Source: an uncultured Hormoscilla sp. (GTDB lineage Bacteria > Cyanobacteriota > Cyanobacteriia > Cyanobacteriales > Desertifilaceae). Taken from it: a DNA stretch of 64,000 nucleotides. Both the position numbers and the translations under genes were made by a program. The notes beneath the pieces were generated by a model. It was not told where the DNA came from and did not search any database. It saw nothing but the letters and a program-made list of their open reading frames with translations. This document shows positions 62,862-64,000 of this stretch, in pieces. The stretch covers positions 192,001-256,000 of the forward strand of contig OZ001293.3 of NCBI GenBank assembly GCA_963921275.4. The letters run 5' to 3'. Positions within the stretch are counted from its first letter, which is position 1, and every line of letters starts with the position of its first letter.

Positions 62862-63496
62862 GCAATCTCCTCAGCCTCCTCAGCGACTCCATAATCTTCA
62901 ATAACAACATTTTTGTGTCGTGCAATCATCTCAAGACGCATTTCATAGCTTTGCGACTTAAATATCTGCCAAATTTCGGCTTCTTCTTCTGGCGGACTGG
63001 AAAATCCAAGCTCATTGGCATAGCGTCGCATGCGCGACAAGGTGGCTAAGGCATATTGCCAATTAACTAGTGGTTTGAGCAGAAGTATTTTTCGCTGACG
63101 CACAGATTTTTTAGCAAGCGAATGAATAAATCCTCGTAAATCCCCGCCCGGAATATGTTCAACGCCAATAGCCGACAGCGCCACATCAAATTTATTGACA
63201 CGTTCTTCTAATGAAGGATACCTAGTTTTATGCGCAATTTCAACTACGCGCCCGTTAATTTTATAAACATTTGAAAAGGCTTTCTGTTCCAATGCCACTG
63301 CATTTCGCTGCTTCAGAGAGAAAACAAGTTCTTCTTTATCTGCGGCCCAGATGTCAATATCTCTTGGGGGCTTGCCGGTTAAAAGTGATTTATACGCTCC
63401 GCCCGCAATAAAAAACCTGACATTAACTGCCCCTTTGCCTAAAATAGCGGCTATTTCTTTTTCTGCATAACGCATAATCTCAAACTCCCTTAGCAT
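62846..63496 (-). CDS. Pol-beta-superfamily nucleotidyltransferase (poly(A)-polymerase-head-like)
   Basis: FIAGGAYKSLL..PPRDIDIW and KFDVALSAI. Confidence 0.65.
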   Translation of the reverse strand: MLREFEIMRYAEKEIAAILGKGAVNVRFFIAGGAYKSLLTGKPPRDIDIWAADKEELVFSLKQRNAVALEQKAFSNVYKINGRVVEIAHKTRYPSLEERVNKFDVALSAIGVEHIPGGDLRGFIHSLAKKSVRQRKILLLKPLVNWQYALATLSRMRRYANELGFSSPPEEEAEIWQIFKSQSYEMRLEMIARHKNVVIEDYGVAEEAEEIACRFR

Positions 63497-63819
63497 TTTA
63501 ACTCTCCTTTGTATCAGCAGAAACTTTTAGGGCAGGTAGATTCATATGGCCTCTTTTCCTTGACTGGCGATTTGATCTGAGTTGACTGGTGATGTTATCA
63601 GTTGAGACCGGTACAGGGTAGAGATGTTTTACCAGTAACCATCCTTGTAAATACGAGTTCATCTGTGTTACAGAGACTCCCGATCCCATTCGGTTGTCTA
63701 GCAAAAACAGTAAGCAGTCTGGGTCTCGATCTGCGCGACAGGTTCAATTGACCTCTGGCGGGCTACGGACTTATCGATAGCTTTCTACCCTGATGTCTGT
63801 TCTCTATTCCAACATACAA

Positions 63820-63863
63820 GGCGGACTTTGTTTGTGTAGCCCTACCCTTTAGGGTAGGGGCGT
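63820..63863 (+). repeat. Solo GTAG-REP
   Basis: ggcggactttg..GTAG-ccctaccctttagggtagggg, same as the 50226 array unit. Confidence 0.75.
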
Positions 63864-64000
63864 GGGCGTGGGGGCGCGAATTTTACTCCTACAAGTCCCA
63901 AGTTCAAAAATAAAAATAGATATAGGGTAAACCGCCTTGGGGGGCAAGATGCCAAACAGTATAGAGACAAATGGGGACCAATAGCAGCTTGAGAGGCCAG

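Noticed and set aside
63498..63704. 68-aa ORF as a confident CDS
   Set aside because: No recognisable motif; only its position supports it.

Overview
Cyanobacterial chromosome segment, judged by abundant HIP1 GCGATCGC sites and by txlA, xisHI and a NIL-ferredoxin gene. A filamentous Oscillatoriales-like lineage is inferred, not shown. Intact housekeeping genes (murG, tsaC, tsaE, yvcK, mlaF/mlaD-like, ftsL/ftsI-like, phosphoketolase, nth, xth, coaD) alternate with heavy decay: a broken FAAL-NRPS-PKS-TE cluster, an inactivated restriction-modification pair, and many gene fragments. Mobile DNA is dense: an IS607 tnpA/tnpB, IS630/IS4/IS110/IS605 remnants, a REP-associated HUH transposase with GTAG-REP arrays, MITEs, five ORF-less group II intron derivatives, and short palindromes inserted in-frame in genes. 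The most unusual items are: (1) four tandem, individually promoted antitoxin-like genes with a variable C-terminal segment upstream of one VapC toxin; (2) two loci where a 21-bp tandem array precedes a helical + FN3/Ig-like gene; (3) a KAS-III / diiron-oxidase / unknown gene cassette; (4) a nucleotidyltransferase + DxD glycosyltransferase-like pair; (5) a 218-nt mini group II intron. All calls come from reading the sequence; no searches were run.
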